IMG/VR virus record: IMGVR_UViG_2751185970_000011
Origin: a virus
Taxonomy: Duplodnaviria; Heunggongvirae; Uroviricota; Caudoviricetes
DNA length: 4,339 nt
Reading direction: 5' to 3' (one strand)
Below the pieces are notes generated by a model. It ran no database searches and was not told the origin of the DNA. It was given only the letters and a program-made list of their open reading frames with translations. The position numbers and the translations under genes were made by a program. Positions 4,048 through 4,339 of this stretch are shown here, piece by piece (position 1 is the first letter of the stretch; each line of letters starts with the position of its first letter).

Positions 4048-4339
4048 ATGAGCAGAAAAAACCAACGTTACTCTAAAGAGTTCAAAGCCGAAGCTGTCAG
4101 AACGGTTCTTGAAAATCAACTTTCGATCAGTGAAGGCGCTTCCCGATTATCCCTTCCTGAAGGCACTTTAGGACAATGGGTTACCGCCGCCAGAAAAGGG
4201 CTCGGTACTCCTGGTTCCCGCACGGTGGCTGAACTGGAATCTGAAATTCTGCAACTGCGTAAGGCGTTAAATGAAGCTCGCCTTGAGCGAGATATATTAA
4301 AAAAAGCAACAGCGTATTTTGCACAGGAGTCGCTGAAAA
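4048..4339 (+). CDS. IS3-family transposase OrfA (partial, 3' end outside window)
   Basis: Strong SD AGAAGGAG 6 nt upstream of ATG 4048. MSRKNQRYSKEFKAEAVRTVLENQLSISEGASRLSLPEGTLGQWVTAARKGLGTPGSRTVAELESEILQLRKALNEARLERDILKKATAYFAQESLK... HTH then leucine-zipper-like heptads. Matches my recollection of IS600 OrfA. Confidence 0.85.
   Translation, partial: MSRKNQRYSKEFKAEAVRTVLENQLSISEGASRLSLPEGTLGQWVTAARKGLGTPGSRTVAELESEILQLRKALNEARLERDILKKATAYFAQESLK
4299..4306 (+). other. putative programmed -1 ribosomal frameshift slippery site (A AAA AAA G) for OrfAB transposase fusion
   Basis: Run of seven A then G at 4299-4306, in the OrfA zero frame as TTA AAA AAA GCA (L-K-K-A), near the expected end of orfA. 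A6G/A7 motifs are the canonical IS3-family frameshift signals. The downstream stimulatory structure is outside the window. Confidence 0.5.

Larger units (their letters stand above)
3984..4339 (+). mobile_element. IS3-family insertion sequence (IS600-like), partial: left terminal inverted repeat plus 5' part of orfA; continues beyond window end
   Basis: TG-initiated end TGAGGTAGCCTGAGTTTAACGGACAC at 3984 follows the same pattern as IS911-type left ends (TGAAGTGGCACACTGAATTTGGCCAC, from memory). orfA starts 64 bp inside. All six reading frames have stops in the 60 bp flanking the junction, so the insertion is in non-coding DNA. Confidence 0.75.

Noticed and set aside
1-4339. Composite transposon formed by the two flanking IS elements
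   Set aside because: The two IS are different elements (IS629-like and IS600-like) with left ends both facing inward. That is not a canonical composite transposon, and no antibiotic-resistance or cargo genes lie between them, only phage lysis genes.
1-4339. tRNA genes, CRISPR arrays, rRNA
   Set aside because: No T-loop-like GTTCGA motifs in cloverleaf context, no regularly spaced direct repeats, no rRNA-like sequence seen on either strand.

Overview
This window is the lysis (late) module of a decaying lambdoid prophage of the E. coli/Shigella type, bracketed by two different IS3-family insertion sequences whose left ends both face inward. Left to right: (1) 1-376, the left end and orfA of an IS629/IS1203-like element on the minus strand; (2) 378-797, a start-less open frame abutting the IS end, read as the 3' remnant of a larger prophage gene cut by the insertion; (3) two small genes, a 60-aa membrane protein and an 81-aa very acidic protein; (4) an S21-type pinholin with an MYQM dual start; (5) a 114-aa DUF1327/YdfR-like gene; (6) a 177-aa SAR endolysin with the E-8aa-D-5aa-T catalytic motif; (7) an intrinsic terminator, then two tightly packed small membrane-protein genes (60 and 43 aa) sitting between endolysin and spanins; (8) Rz with Rz1 embedded in the +1 frame; (9) a 74-aa ORF and about 290 bp of GC-rich non-coding DNA; (10) 3984-4339, the left end and orfA of an IS600-like element on the plus strand, with an A7G slippery site. 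No tRNA, rRNA or CRISPR array was seen. The most interesting point is the expanded lysis cassette: the two membrane-protein genes between R and Rz, the second translationally coupled to Rz, and an Rz1 whose signal peptide looks truncated or atypical. All identifications rest on reading the translations and recalling family sequences from memory; no database search was possible.
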